64,000 bases of DNA from Bdellovibrionales bacterium (GTDB lineage Bacteria > Bdellovibrionota > Bdellovibrionia > Bdellovibrionales > JAGQZY01): the NCBI GenBank assembly GCA_965218815.1, contig CBDCLX010000002.1:2457074-2521073 (forward strand), read 5' to 3'. Of the stretch, positions 1 to 11,139 are shown in pieces (position 1 is the stretch's first letter; every line of letters begins with the position of its first letter). The position numbers and the translations under genes are program-made. A model generated the notes under the pieces. The model saw only the letters and a list, made by a program, of their open reading frames with translations, did not search any database and had not been told where the DNA came from.

Positions 1-1723
1 GTTCCAGCCTGTATAAAAAACCCTCCTGAATTTTGATTTTTTTTTCTTTCACTTTCCGGATAAAGGAAAAAGACTGTTGACGGCCGGGGTTTATCAAATA
101 TTCAACCAACTGCCTGAGAAGTTTTTCCTTCCAGACACTCCACGCTTCGGGGTTTGTGGCCCGAATATCAATGACTGTAAAAATAGCAAGACGATACAGC
201 CTGTCTCCAAGAACCCCCTTTGAAAAAAGCTCCTGCCAGGTTTCAACAGAGTGGGGGCTCTCTCTAAAGGCTCCATGGGATAAAACCAGATGATTTTCCA
301 CAAGCCAACAGACTTCATCAACAAACCCTCTGGAAAAACCAAAAGCCGTAAGATCCCGACGGGCCAGCTTCTCCCCTTTTTTGTGATGATCCCCTCCCCG
401 CCCTTTGGCCAGATCATGATAGAGAGCCGACCATCGAAGAATATTCCAGTCAGACAGTTTTAATTTTTTGCTGAGAAACTGAAGGCTTCCCAGTTTTCCG
501 GGTTCCCTGTAAATACATTGAGTTTCCTCAATGGTTTTGAGCAAATGGACATCCACGGAAAAACGATGGTATTGATCGTGCTGGACCAATCCCATCACTT
601 TCTTAAAATCAGGAATCAGGCAGGAAATTGTCCGGGACCGGAAGGCTGCAGAGGTCACAGATTTATCCTGACTGATATCCAGAATCTTTTTCAGAAAACG
701 GCCGGTTTTTTTCCCGCTGATTTCCTCTTCCTGAAAACCCCGGGTCCTGTGAAGCGTTTTCTGTATTAAAGCCTGGTTTTGTAAAGAGGGGTTTTTACAT
801 AAAAGATCAAAAACCCCTGTCCAGCTTCTGATTTGCCTGACTTTAAGTCCTTCCCACTGTCTTTGACTGAAGCCACAACGTTCGTTGGCCCAGTCCGAGT
901 AAAAATTCACCCGGGACAGGGTCTCCTGTATCTTTTTTGTAAAATCATCACTGCTTTTATGTCCAAGCCAGCCAGTCATATCACGTTGATCACCTGCTGT
1001 GAGAATATCAAAACTGTTTGTCAAATGAAGCCTCTGCCTGATGAGTAACAGGAGGGCCTTGTGGTCCATTAAAACTTTCAGGGTATGGGTTTCAGCTTCA
1101 AAGCGTTCAGGAAACCAGTGAAAAAGAATCAATGTCTGGTGAATATCCCTGAGACCCCCAGCCCCAAACTTGATATTGGGTTCCAGAAAATTGACAATGG
1201 AATCATAACGTTTTAAACGGGCGTTTCTTTCCTCCTCCATGGCTTTAAGTAACCGGGAGCGGAAGGTTTTTCTCTTTTTAAGAATCCTGTTTTTCTGCAA
1301 TTCAAGTTTCTCAAAGCCCTGTTCGGTGAAAGTCCTTGCTGAAAAAAGGGCATTGGCCTCCATGACCTTCACATTCTCTGTCCAATCCTCCATGTCCCGG
1401 GGTTGGCGATAGCGGAATTTCAAACCCAGTTTTTCCACCTCTCTGACCACCTTCAGAATGGCCTGACTCTGACCACAAAAAATCATATCCAGGTCCGAGG
1501 CCGGACAAAGTTCCCCCCGACCCCAGGAGCCCAGGGCAATGGGAGAAGCCTCCTCCCAATGGGGAATTCCAGCCAAACGCCTCTCAATAACAAGAGACAA
1601 CCATCTGGAAAACTCCAAAGCCTGACCCAGGATATTTTTTTTACTCCCATCTGTGGTGGGCCATGTCAGCTTCTCAATGGCCATGGCTTTTTCAGACGGG
1701 TTGAGAAAAGTTCCTATGGCCAT
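1..1723 (-). CDS. glnD: [protein-PII] uridylyltransferase-like nucleotidyltransferase/HD-domain protein (GlnD family). The 3' end runs off the left window edge.
   Basis: Absent from the ORF track because it has no in-window stop. My own minus-strand translation from the ATG at 1723 stays open to position 1. It reads MAIGTFLNPSEK...GSWGRGELCPASDLDMIF (NTase motif), then FSVDVHLLKT, then ALYHDLAKGRGGDHHKKGEKLA (HD domain typical of GlnD). An upstream in-frame stop lies at 1811-1813. Confidence 0.7.
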   Translation of the reverse strand, partial: MAIGTFLNPSEKAMAIEKLTWPTTDGSKKNILGQALEFSRWLSLVIERRLAGIPHWEEASPIALGSWGRGELCPASDLDMIFCGQSQAILKVVREVEKLGLKFRYRQPRDMEDWTENVKVMEANALFSARTFTEQGFEKLELQKNRILKKRKTFRSRLLKAMEEERNARLKRYDSIVNFLEPNIKFGAGGLRDIHQTLILFHWFPERFEAETHTLKVLMDHKALLLLIRQRLHLTNSFDILTAGDQRDMTGWLGHKSSDDFTKKIQETLSRVNFYSDWANERCGFSQRQWEGLKVRQIRSWTGVFDLLCKNPSLQNQALIQKTLHRTRGFQEEEISGKKTGRFLKKILDISQDKSVTSAAFRSRTISCLIPDFKKVMGLVQHDQYHRFSVDVHLLKTIEETQCIYREPGKLGSLQFLSKKLKLSDWNILRWSALYHDLAKGRGGDHHKKGEKLARRDLTAFGFSRGFVDEVCWLVENHLVLSHGAFRESPHSVETWQELFSKGVLGDRLYRLAIFTVIDIRATNPEAWSVWKEKLLRQLVEYLINPGRQQSFSFIRKVKEKKIKIQEGFLYRLE

Positions 1724-1734
1724 GATCTGTTCAC

Positions 1735-2742
1735 TCAGGCACCTGAATGGACCAATCCCAATACTCTGTGGACTTTTTTCAAAGTCAGTGAGGCCCTTTG
1801 GGAAGCTCGTTCAGAGTTTTTCTTCATAATACTGATAAGGTCATCAGGATTGTTCATAAGATCTTCATATTTCTGCCGCACAGGTCTGAGAGCCTCACAG
1901 ACAAGTTCGGCCAAAGAGGACTTAAAATGACCATACATCTGACCTTCAAACTCCTTTTCAAGTTCACTGTGGTTTTTGCCACTGAAGGCTGAATGGATCA
2001 CCATTAAATTGGCAAGCTCTGGCTTTTTATGAGGGTCATAAATCACCTGAGCCTGAGGGTCAGAGTCTGTAACAGCCCCTTTTATTTTTTTGACGATTTG
2101 CCCGGGACTGTCAATAATGGAGATAATGTTTTTGGGATTATCATCAGACTTGGACATTTTCCTCCCCGGATCCTGAAGGGACATAATCCGGCTCCCCTGT
2201 TCCCCGATGAAAGGCTCCGGGACCCTGAACACAGAAGCGTATTTTTTGTTAAAACTCCGGGCCAGATCCCTGGCCACTTCCAGATGCTGTTTCTGATCCT
2301 CCCCCACCGGAACCCTGTCTGTTTGATAAAGCAAAATATCAGAGGCCATCAGAATCGGATAGGTGTAAAGACCACTGTTGATCTCTTTTGTTTTTTGGGA
2401 TTTTTCCTTAAACTGAGTCATCCTGTTGAGAACCCCCATGGGAGTGATACAGCTTAAAATCCAGCACAGTTCAGAGTGCTGGGGGACATGGGACTGGACA
2501 AAAATCACATTCTTATCAGGGTTGAGACCACAGGCCAGATACTGGGCGAAGAAACTCAGCGTTCTCTGCTTCAGTTCTTTCGGATCCTGGTAAACCGTCA
2601 GGGAATGAAGATCTGCGACCATGTAAAAACAGTCGTATTCCTCCTGCATACAGGTCCAGTGGTTAATGGCTCCAATGTAATTTCCAATGGTCAGGTCCCC
2701 TGTGGTGGTGCTGGCACTGAGAACCACTTTTTTTCTCTCCAT
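1735..2742 (-). CDS. trpS: tryptophan--tRNA ligase
   Basis: 335-aa ORF with class I aaRS signatures: TIGNYIGA (HIGH-type region) and KMSKS (GRKMSKSDD). Overall TrpRS-like sequence. Confidence 0.95.
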   Translation of the reverse strand: MERKKVVLSASTTTGDLTIGNYIGAINHWTCMQEEYDCFYMVADLHSLTVYQDPKELKQRTLSFFAQYLACGLNPDKNVIFVQSHVPQHSELCWILSCITPMGVLNRMTQFKEKSQKTKEINSGLYTYPILMASDILLYQTDRVPVGEDQKQHLEVARDLARSFNKKYASVFRVPEPFIGEQGSRIMSLQDPGRKMSKSDDNPKNIISIIDSPGQIVKKIKGAVTDSDPQAQVIYDPHKKPELANLMVIHSAFSGKNHSELEKEFEGQMYGHFKSSLAELVCEALRPVRQKYEDLMNNPDDLISIMKKNSERASQRASLTLKKVHRVLGLVHSGA

Positions 2743-3479
2743 GGTTGTTTATAACTGATCCTCTCCGGGATACCAATAAATTCATCAGATATTCATGGTC
2801 ACTGCCCATGTTTTTGGCAGTTCATCAGAAAATAAAATATGTTTTGATTTTTTTGACAAATTGTCATAGCCATTCCTCTTTCGGTTCCGGTTTCCCCTCT
2901 TTTGGCTCTCCGGTTTCCCTCACACCCTGAAGGCTTGCCATATTATGCATGGAGGTTTCAGAAAAAACCGATATCATCAGTTCCACAATGTTCACTTCCA
3001 AAGCCCTGACCCCTCCTCCCTCATCAGGCATTCTGTTTATGATGCTGTTAAAAAGATAGCCTCTTCACCGACATTTTTTATTATGTAAAAAACTCATCCT
3101 TTTAACAAAAAAGTCAGTGCTTTGTCAATCTGTAAAAACTAAATCCCCATAACCCTTTATAAGAGGCATCATTTTTCTGCCTATAATTCTTGCAACTTTT
3201 TAAAATCCTTAACAAATCCCCTGAAATCCGTTACAAATAAAATAAACTGTCATTGTCATCTATCTGAACTGAATCAGAATCAGGGAATGACTGACAGATT
3301 TGGCTTTTTATACTGGTCCAGTTTTCACGGGAGTTCCCTTGTTAAGGAACCAGGATTTTCAGACACGACCAGTGTGGTTTACAAAATGAGGATAATGGGT
3401 GGCAACGACTGTTTTATTCCAATCTCCTGCAGGCTCTCAGTGGAACTTTCCAAAGGGCAAGCCAGGAGGTCTGACCTGG

Positions 3480-4001
3480 ATGACTCATAAACTTCTTCTG
3501 TTCTGTTTTCTTTTTCTGACAAACTGTCAATGCAGTTCCATTGGCTACAACAAAGGTTACACACCTGAACAGCCCATCCCCTTTTCCCACAAGCTCCATG
3601 CAGGAGAATACAAAATACCCTGTGTCTACTGCCACACCCAAGTAGAGGTGGCCAGACACTCTGCCGTACCCAGTCTTAATATCTGTATGAACTGTCATAT
3701 CATGGTGGCAACAGACAGGGAGCCTGTTAAAAAGCTGCAAAAAAAATACTATGATGGTGAAACAATCAATTGGGTGAAAGTTCATATCCTGCCGGATCAT
3801 GTGAAGTTCAATCACAAGCGACACGTCCACCGGTTAAGCAAGGCTGAGGATCGTTACCCCTCCTGTGTCCAATGTCACGGTGAGGTCAAAAAGATGGACG
3901 TGATTGAACAACACAGCAGCCTGTCCATGGGCTGGTGTGTGAACTGTCACAGAACACAAACCCCCAAAGGACCACTGAACTGTTCAACCTGTCATCATTA
4001 A
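3480..4001 (+). CDS. actA: Alternative Complex III subunit ActA, pentahaem cytochrome c
   Basis: Five CxxCH motifs: CVYCH, CMNCH, CVQCH, CVNCH and CSTCH. The ATG at 3480 is preceded by AGGAGG and gives a signal/lipobox-like N-terminus, MTHKLLLFCFLFLTNC. The ORF-track start at 3399 is probably too early. Confidence 0.85.
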   Translation: MTHKLLLFCFLFLTNCQCSSIGYNKGYTPEQPIPFSHKLHAGEYKIPCVYCHTQVEVARHSAVPSLNICMNCHIMVATDREPVKKLQKKYYDGETINWVKVHILPDHVKFNHKRHVHRLSKAEDRYPSCVQCHGEVKKMDVIEQHSSLSMGWCVNCHRTQTPKGPLNCSTCHH

Positions 4002-4037
4002 TCTGTCACAGCACAGAGAAAAGGAATAAGGAGAGCC

Positions 4038-7000
4038 ATGCAAAAGGAAAAACAAAAACAGGCAGAAAAGGTTTCACACTGGAAAAGCTTGGATGAAAAA
4101 TACAGGACTCCTGATTTTTTTACCCTGGCAGAAAAAGAGTTCCAGTCTTCTCCCGGAAAAGAGGCAGACAAAGAAGATGGCCTGGCACGTCGTCAGTTTA
4201 TGAAACTCATGGGAGCCAGTATCGCTCTGTCCTCAACAGCCTGCGTCCGCCGCCCTATTCAAAAAATCATTCCCTACAACAAGCGGCCACCTGAGGTGGT
4301 CATAGGGCTTCCCAACTATTATGCCTCAAGTTTTCACGATGGTCGGGAGACTTGTGCTGTCACCGTGAAAACCCGGGAAGGCCGACCTCTTTTTGTCCAG
4401 GGAAACCCCTCTTTCCCAGGTTATGGCCCCGAATCCAATGGATCTGAAGCCTATGGGGGTGGTTCTCATGGAACCGGACTTAAGAAACCCGGACTCAGTG
4501 TGAGGGGAATTTCCCAACTCCTCAGCCTCTATGATCCTGATCGGGTGCGAACCTCCATCATCAATTCCCAGGATCCAAAAAAACGGGGAAATAAATTAAG
4601 TATTCCAAGAGATTGGGAAACCCTGGATAAAAGAATGGTCAGGGAACTCAAAAAATCCCTGGCCGATTCCACAGTTCCGGCTAAAGTGGGTTCACCTGAA
4701 ACAAACTCATCCGGGGAAACAGGTATCACTGCCATAAACACAAAGGGATCAGACCTGTCCGGAACAAATTCATCCGCAAACCCGTCTGAGAGAAACCAGG
4801 GTGGAATCCATATTCTCACCGGTTCTGTCCACTCACCCAGCCTTGGAAAACTCTTAAAAGATTTTGCCAAAAAAACAGGGGCCAGAATACACTTTTGGAA
4901 TCCCATCAATTTTTCTGAAATTCTTAATGCCTCTGAACTCTGTTATGGAACAGCCTCCACCCCAAGGTATCGTTACGATAAGGCCAGACTGATCCTCTCC
5001 GTGGATGCCGACTTTCTGGGAACCCACCTCAACCCCACAGAATCCACAAGGCTTTTCTCCATGGAACGCAACTCCGAAAAAAAAACCATGTCCCGCCTGG
5101 TGTCCTTTCAATCAGTCACAAGCCTCACTTCACTGAATGCCGACGACAACTATGGAATCAAAGCCTCCCAGCAACTGCCTCTGATTCTGGCCATCATCCA
5201 TGAACTCACTGTTGTTCAAAAGAAAATTCCTCCTGATGACAAAGTGTCTGAGTTGGCAGACTCTTTTTCCAATCTTCACGAAAGTCTTTCCATAAGTTAT
5301 AAAGATTTCAAAAAACTTGTGGCTGAACTCTGGAACAACAGGGGTCAAAGTGTTGTCCTTGCCGGTGGCCTCCAGACCAAAACCAAAGATGCCCTGTCCC
5401 TACAAATTGCCGTGAATTATCTCAACAGCCTTCTGGATAATGAAGGAGTGACCATTGAACGCAAAAAAATTCAATCTGACCAAAGTCGTGACAGTGATCT
5501 CTCTGATTTGGTCTTTGCCATGCAATCCGGTGAAGTGGGAACCCTTATCATCAATGAACTCAATCCTGTTTTTAACCTTCCCTCATCCAAAGCCTTTAAA
5601 GAAGCTCTCAGTCAGGTGAAACTGCTTGTTGTCACAAACAACTGGATGGATGAAACAGCCTGCCTGGCTGATCTGGTAGCCCCTTCCGGCCACCCCATGG
5701 AAAACTGGGGAGACAATGAGTTTGGATCAAGCTTTGTCTCCATTCAGCAACCCACCATCAGACCTCTGCACAACACCCGTTCCTTTGCTGACAGTCTTAT
5801 AACCTGGTCCAAAGCTCTTGGAAAACCACTGACCACTGAAGAAAATTTTTATTCTCTGGTTCAGTCCCATTGGACAAAAAAACTGGGAGGGGGGAAAGCC
5901 TGGATGGATTTTCTCCAAAAAGGTTTTAAAAGCCATGACCCTGACAAAGCCTCCCAAAAACCTTTTAAGCTTTCAGCTCTTGAAAAAATCACAGTCACTC
6001 TGAAAGAAGCCCCCCTGGAACTCTCCCTTTATGAAAAGGTGGGAGTCCGGGATGGAACCCTGGCCAATGTGTCCTGGATCCAGGAGTTGCCTGATCCAGT
6101 CAGTAAAATTGTCTGGGATAACTACCTTATGATCTCACCGGTTCTGGCCAGAGAGAGGACCTTGCGTGATGGCAGCATGGTGGAAGTCAAAACAGCCCAT
6201 CACAAAATGAAACTTCCCATTTACATTTCTCCAGGTCTTCATCCAGGCTCTGTGGCTGTGGCCGTTGGATATGGTCATAAAAAAGGAGGGGGACTGGAAA
6301 AAAATGTGGGTTTTGATGTTTCTGATTTCATTGTGGCCCAGGGAAAAAGTTTTATTCATGCCGGCTTTCCGGTGGAAATTAAAAAGACAGGTGATTTTCA
6401 CAGTCTGGCCCAAACCCAGGGACATCACAGTATGGAAGGACGCAAACTGGCTGTTGAAACCAGTCAGAAGGAATACAAAAAAACCGGTTCCATAGGTCTT
6501 CATAAACACAAGGTCTTTAGCATCTGGAAAGATCATAAGTACGAGGGACATAAGTGGGCCATGGCCGTGGATTTGAATTCCTGCACCGGTTGTTCCGCCT
6601 GCATGGTGGCCTGTCAGTCAGAAAACAACATTCCGGTTGTTGGAAAAAAATATGTGCTGGCCGGACGGGAGATGCACTGGATCCGTATTGACCGTTACTA
6701 CAGTGGTAACGAAAACAAGTCCGTGGATGCCATCTTCCAACCTGTCATGTGCCAACACTGTGAAAATGCTCCCTGTGAAACAGTTTGCCCTGTGCTGGCC
6801 ACCGTCCACAGTGACGAGGGACTTAATGACATGGTTTACAATCGCTGTGTGGGAACCCGTTATTGTTCAAACAATTGTCCCTATAAGGTCCGACGTTTTA
6901 ACTGGTTTTATTATGACAGTCATCACAAAAGAGAACCTCTCCAGATGGCTCTTAATCCGGAGGTCACTGTTCGCACCCGTGGGGTTATGGAAAAATGCAC

Positions 7001-7337
7001 TTTCTGTGTCCAGAGGATCAAAGAAGCCAAAAACAAAGCCAAAGATGAAAACAGAAAACTGGAGGATGGAGAAATCCAAACCGCCTGTCAGTCTGTCTGC
7101 CCCGCTGATGCCATTGTCTTTGGTGACCTCAATGACAAGAGTTCAAAAGTGAGCCAGTGGTTTTCCAGTCAAAGAAACTATACACTCCTTGAGGAATTTA
7201 ATGCCGCCCCAAGAGTGCGTTATCTTGCCAAAATCAGAAACACGGAACGGGAAATAACCAATCATGATCACGGGACCACCCATGAAACCAGGCAAAAAAC
7301 CCAACACAAAACCAAACAAGGGGAAGGTCACAAATGA
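4038..7337 (+). CDS. actB: Alternative Complex III subunit ActB, a fused molybdopterin-oxidoreductase-like and 4Fe-4S ferredoxin-like protein
   Basis: 1099 aa. Twin-arginine signal [17 protein letters not shown]-terminal Cys clusters [37 protein letters not shown] and CTFCVQR. Sits between the ActA and NrfD-like ActC genes. Confidence 0.9.
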   Translation: MQKEKQKQAEKVSHWKSLDEKYRTPDFFTLAEKEFQSSPGKEADKEDGLARRQFMKLMGASIALSSTACVRRPIQKIIPYNKRPPEVVIGLPNYYASSFHDGRETCAVTVKTREGRPLFVQGNPSFPGYGPESNGSEAYGGGSHGTGLKKPGLSVRGISQLLSLYDPDRVRTSIINSQDPKKRGNKLSIPRDWETLDKRMVRELKKSLADSTVPAKVGSPETNSSGETGITAINTKGSDLSGTNSSANPSERNQGGIHILTGSVHSPSLGKLLKDFAKKTGARIHFWNPINFSEILNASELCYGTASTPRYRYDKARLILSVDADFLGTHLNPTESTRLFSMERNSEKKTMSRLVSFQSVTSLTSLNADDNYGIKASQQLPLILAIIHELTVVQKKIPPDDKVSELADSFSNLHESLSISYKDFKKLVAELWNNRGQSVVLAGGLQTKTKDALSLQIAVNYLNSLLDNEGVTIERKKIQSDQSRDSDLSDLVFAMQSGEVGTLIINELNPVFNLPSSKAFKEALSQVKLLVVTNNWMDETACLADLVAPSGHPMENWGDNEFGSSFVSIQQPTIRPLHNTRSFADSLITWSKALGKPLTTEENFYSLVQSHWTKKLGGGKAWMDFLQKGFKSHDPDKASQKPFKLSALEKITVTLKEAPLELSLYEKVGVRDGTLANVSWIQELPDPVSKIVWDNYLMISPVLARERTLRDGSMVEVKTAHHKMKLPIYISPGLHPGSVAVAVGYGHKKGGGLEKNVGFDVSDFIVAQGKSFIHAGFPVEIKKTGDFHSLAQTQGHHSMEGRKLAVETSQKEYKKTGSIGLHKHKVFSIWKDHKYEGHKWAMAVDLNSCTGCSACMVACQSENNIPVVGKKYVLAGREMHWIRIDRYYSGNENKSVDAIFQPVMCQHCENAPCETVCPVLATVHSDEGLNDMVYNRCVGTRYCSNNCPYKVRRFNWFYYDSHHKREPLQMALNPEVTVRTRGVMEKCTFCVQRIKEAKNKAKDENRKLEDGEIQTACQSVCPADAIVFGDLNDKSSKVSQWFSSQRNYTLLEEFNAAPRVRYLAKIRNTEREITNHDHGTTHETRQKTQHKTKQGEGHK

Positions 7338-8689
7338 TGAATCGCAAACCCTTGGTTTTGGGTGACAAAACCTATAAAGACATCACTGATGACATTTGTG
7401 AACCTGTTGAGTCCATTCCGGGCAAGTCCTGGCTGGGGCTTGTATTCAGTGCAAAGTTTCTCTTTCTCTTTTATCTCTGCAGTGTGGGAGTGATTATCTT
7501 TACCGGGATGGGACTGATGGGAACCAACCATCCGGTGGGTTGGGGAACAGATATTGTGACCTTTGTTTTTTGGATTGGAATAGGACATGCCGGAACCCTG
7601 ATCTCAGCCATCCTCTTTTTATTTCGTCAGAAATGGCGAACATCAGTGGCCAGGTCTGCTGAAGCCATGACTGTGTTTGCGGTGATGACAGCGGGAATCT
7701 TTCCACTCATTCACACGGGACGACCTTGGCTTGACTTCTGGCTTCTTCCCTACCCCAACCAAAGGGGGCCTCTGTGGGTGAACTTCCGCTCCCCCCTTCT
7801 CTGGGATGTGTTTGCGGTAAGCACCTATGCAACAGTTTCCATTGTCTTCTGGTATGTGGGTCTGATCCCCGACTTTGCCACTCTCAGGGACCGGGCAAAA
7901 AACAAATTTCGCCGCATTGTTTATGGAATCCTTTCCCTGGGTTGGCGGGGTTCCACCAGAAACTGGAGTCATTATGAAATAGTTTATATGTTACTGGCAG
8001 GACTGGCCACCCCCCTTGTTCTGTCTGTCCATACCATTGTGTCCTTTGATTTTGCCGTGGCCTCTCTTCCAGGCTGGCACACCACCATTTTTCCGCCCTA
8101 CTTTGTAGCCGGAGCTATTTTCTCCGGTTTTGGTATGGTGGTGACCCTCCTCACCCTGGTCCGCATTGGTTTTCCCAAATTCAAGGATTACATCACCATT
8201 GACCACATGGAGGCTATGAACAAGATCATCATGTGTACGGGAATGCTTGTGGGTTACGCCTACTGTTCAGAACTTTTTATGGCCTGGTACTCCGGGGTGG
8301 AGTATGAACAATACGCTTTTTTTAACAGAGCCATGGGACCTTACTGGTGGTCTTACTGGATCATGTTTTCCTGCAATGTCTTTGTGCCCCAGATATTCTG
8401 GTTCAAAGCCGCCCGAAGAAGTATTCCCATTATGTTTGTGATTTCCATTCTCGTGAATGTGGGAATGTGGTTTGAGCGTTTTGTGATTACAGTCACCTCC
8501 CTTCATCGGGATTTTCTACCCTCCAATTGGGGAATGTATCAATGGTCTTTCTATGACACGGCCATTCTGTTTGGCAGTTTTGGAATGTTTTTAACTCTTT
8601 TTCTGCTCTATTTACGAGTCTTTCCGGCCATCTCCATTGCCGAAGTGAAGCCGATGCTCCATGTCGGAAAAAAGAAAGGGGGTCACTGA
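7334..8689 (+). CDS. actC: Alternative Complex III subunit ActC (NrfD/PsrC-like polytopic quinol-interacting membrane subunit)
   Basis: 451-aa highly hydrophobic ORF. Its ATG overlaps the ActB stop (ATGA). The position is canonical for ACIII. Confidence 0.85.
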   Translation: MMNRKPLVLGDKTYKDITDDICEPVESIPGKSWLGLVFSAKFLFLFYLCSVGVIIFTGMGLMGTNHPVGWGTDIVTFVFWIGIGHAGTLISAILFLFRQKWRTSVARSAEAMTVFAVMTAGIFPLIHTGRPWLDFWLLPYPNQRGPLWVNFRSPLLWDVFAVSTYATVSIVFWYVGLIPDFATLRDRAKNKFRRIVYGILSLGWRGSTRNWSHYEIVYMLLAGLATPLVLSVHTIVSFDFAVASLPGWHTTIFPPYFVAGAIFSGFGMVVTLLTLVRIGFPKFKDYITIDHMEAMNKIIMCTGMLVGYAYCSELFMAWYSGVEYEQYAFFNRAMGPYWWSYWIMFSCNVFVPQIFWFKAARRSIPIMFVISILVNVGMWFERFVITVTSLHRDFLPSNWGMYQWSFYDTAILFGSFGMFLTLFLLYLRVFPAISIAEVKPMLHVGKKKGGH

Positions 8690-9216
8690 TGGCAACAAAA
8701 GGACAGAAAGGTGTGGCCGGTCTTTGGAGTGATGAGGAAAAAATTCTCATGGCTGCCACCAGAATGAGACAGGCCGGGTACAAAAAATTTGACACCATAA
8801 CCCCCTTTCCCATCCACGGAATGGAGGAAGCCATGGGTTTAAAAAGATCCTGCATCCCCTGGGTGACCTTTATTGCCGGACTCACAGGATGTTCTCTGGG
8901 TCTTTACTTTCAGTACTGGACCAGTGCCGTGAGTTGGCCCATCAACGTGGGTGGAAAACCCCTGTTTTCCCTTCCCGCCTTTATACCCGTGACTTTTGAA
9001 CTCACTATTTTGTTTGCCGCCCTATTTTCAGTGGGGGCCATGTTTTATTTTAACGGTCTTCCAAAAATCAATCCCCCTGTGATTGACAAAGACCTCACTT
9101 CCCATAAGTTTGCCCTCTGGGTGCCTGAAACCGAAGAGGCTTATTCAGTGGAAAAGATGGAAGCTTTCTTAAAAGAACTGGGGGCAGAAGAGGTGAAAAG
9201 GATTGAGGGATACTGA
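8689..9216 (+). CDS. actD: Alternative Complex III subunit ActD
   Basis: 175 aa. Its ATG overlaps the ActC stop. Two predicted TM helices. Position and size match ActD. Confidence 0.7.
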   Translation: MATKGQKGVAGLWSDEEKILMAATRMRQAGYKKFDTITPFPIHGMEEAMGLKRSCIPWVTFIAGLTGCSLGLYFQYWTSAVSWPINVGGKPLFSLPAFIPVTFELTILFAALFSVGAMFYFNGLPKINPPVIDKDLTSHKFALWVPETEEAYSVEKMEAFLKELGAEEVKRIEGY

Positions 9217-9217
9217 T

Positions 9218-9817
9218 ATGGGGTTAGTCCACATTTTTCACAAACTTTTCACCGCAAACATCCGCCTGATGATTTATCCTCTTATGGTTTGTGGTCTTGT
9301 GGGTTGCGGTCCCAAAGGGAACCAACCCAATGTGGAGATCATCCAGGACATGATGGAACAACCGGCCCTGAAAGCCCAGGATTTCCATCCCGGGAATCGG
9401 GAAAAAAGTTCCATGCTCCTTCCACCGGAAGGCTCCTGGCCCCAAAACATAAAACCCTATATGTACAAAGGCAAACCTGTGGAGGCCGGAAAAAAACTGA
9501 AAAACATTTGTGAGCATCAATGGGATGCTGAGTTTCATCACCTGGGACGTATCAAGTACAACAACTTTTGCATGGTTTGCCACGGAACAGGTGGGGTCGG
9601 AGACGGCCCTGTGGCCCATGATTTTCAGGGAGTCAAACCTCCCTCTCTTTTAACAGAAAAAGTGCGGAACTATTCTGATGGAAGAATTTTTCATATCATC
9701 ACCGATGGTCAGGGGATTATGGGGTCTTACATTAATCATCTGCCAAAAGAAAAGGACCGCTGTGCTGTTGTGAAATACGTCAGGCATCTACAAAATCCAA
9801 AGGCGGAAGATAAATGA
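9218..9817 (+). CDS. actE: Alternative Complex III subunit ActE, monohaem cytochrome c lipoprotein-like
   Basis: Single CMVCHG haem motif. N-terminal lipobox-like LVGCGP. The ATG at 9218 lies just after the ActD stop. The ORF-track start at 9203 is a TTG. Confidence 0.75.
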   Translation: MGLVHIFHKLFTANIRLMIYPLMVCGLVGCGPKGNQPNVEIIQDMMEQPALKAQDFHPGNREKSSMLLPPEGSWPQNIKPYMYKGKPVEAGKKLKNICEHQWDAEFHHLGRIKYNNFCMVCHGTGGVGDGPVAHDFQGVKPPSLLTEKVRNYSDGRIFHIITDGQGIMGSYINHLPKEKDRCAVVKYVRHLQNPKAEDK

Positions 9818-9892
9818 AAAATAAAGTGTGTCATAACCTCATTGAAAATGACAGTTTTTTTATGGTTGATTTTCAGCAGGCGGGAAATAAAA

Positions 9893-11089
9893 ATGAATGA
9901 TATCCCAGTGGAGCAGGTGGAACCCAGGAAGTTTGAACTCTCAACCAATACCAATATGGCTTTGTTTGTCATGATGGGTCTGGGAGTTGCCAGTTTTGGA
10001 GCCGGTCTTGTTGTGGACAAGGAAAGGCTTTGGCACTCCTATCTGACCAGTTATTTTTTCTTTGCCTCTTTGGCTTTGGGAGGGCTCTTTTTCACGGCCA
10101 TTCATCACGCCGTGTCTTCCGGCTGGAGTGTAAACATTCGTCGGATCAGCGAATCCATGGCTTCCTTTTTACCCATAGTCCTTATCTCAGGTCTGGTTCT
10201 CTCTTTCGCCGGATCAGATCTTTATCTCTGGCTTGATAAAGACGTGGTGGCTTCAGACCCTGTATTACAGGGTAAGTCCTCTTACCTCAATGGAACATTC
10301 TGGACTCTTCGCCTGTTTGTTTTCACAGGTCTTTGGATTCTATTTGCCAAAAAAATCATTGGTTATTCAGTAAGACAGGATTTTGATGGGGATGAATCCT
10401 GGACCCGTAAACTGGTCCCCTGGTCTGTGGCCTTTCTCATTTTCTTTGCTCTCAGTTATTCCCTTTTCAGTGTGGATCTTCTGATGAGTCTTGAACCTCA
10501 TTGGTTTTCAACCATCTTTGGAGTTTACTGCTTTTCCGGCCTGTTTCAGTCCAGCCTTGCCTTCATGATTCTCATGTCTTTGTTTTGTCAGTCAAAGGGC
10601 TGGGTCACAGGTCTGATCACCATTGAACACATCCATGATCTGGCAAAAATGTTAAAGGGTTTCACTGTCTTTTGGGCCTATATTGCTTTTTGCCAGTTCA
10701 TGCTGATCTGGTACGCCAATCTTCCAGAAGAAACCCTGTTTTTTCTTCATCGGTCCCATGGTGGTTGGATGGAAATCTCCCTGGCTCTTATTATTTTTAA
10801 ATTTATTGTTCCCTTTGCCTGCCTTCTTCCCCGTTGGGCCAAAAGAAATCCCAAACATCTGGTCATCATCTGCAGTCTGATTCTGGTTATGCAGTATGTG
10901 GATATTTACTGGATCGTTTATCCCAATTATAAAGAGTTTACGCATTTTTCATGGCTGGAGTCTGGAATTTTTCTTGGATTTTTGGGACTGTTTATTTTTT
11001 CCATAGCAGGATTTTTAAGTCGCAATCATCTGGTGCCTGTCAAAGACCCCCGCATCCATGAATCCATCAGCCATCATGTCACTTATTAA
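9893..11089 (+). CDS. actF: Alternative Complex III subunit ActF (second NrfD-like membrane subunit)
   Basis: Polytopic membrane ORF and last gene of the operon. The ATG at 9893 (MNDIPVEQ) is preferred over the TTG at 9842. Confidence 0.75.
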   Translation: MNDIPVEQVEPRKFELSTNTNMALFVMMGLGVASFGAGLVVDKERLWHSYLTSYFFFASLALGGLFFTAIHHAVSSGWSVNIRRISESMASFLPIVLISGLVLSFAGSDLYLWLDKDVVASDPVLQGKSSYLNGTFWTLRLFVFTGLWILFAKKIIGYSVRQDFDGDESWTRKLVPWSVAFLIFFALSYSLFSVDLLMSLEPHWFSTIFGVYCFSGLFQSSLAFMILMSLFCQSKGWVTGLITIEHIHDLAKMLKGFTVFWAYIAFCQFMLIWYANLPEETLFFLHRSHGGWMEISLALIIFKFIVPFACLLPRWAKRNPKHLVIICSLILVMQYVDIYWIVYPNYKEFTHFSWLESGIFLGFLGLFIFSIAGFLSRNHLVPVKDPRIHESISHHVTY

Positions 11090-11139
11090 TACATTATCAG
11101 ACCAACCTGTCCTCCAAAAAGTGAAACAAGCAGTTACGG

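Noticed and set aside
94-1930. Short ORFs in the supplied track: 94..417, 518..769, 833..1048, 1311..1559 and 1403..1930.
   Set aside because: All overlap the long open minus-strand GlnD frame (1..1723) or trpS in other frames, and their sequences look non-protein-like.
6637-7152. Alternative-frame ORFs inside actB and actC (for example 6637..7152, 4529..4909, 7643..7972, 8493..8885).
   Set aside because: They are nested within strongly supported genes. Their composition (Cys/Trp/Arg-rich or Pro/Gly-rich) is typical of out-of-frame translation.
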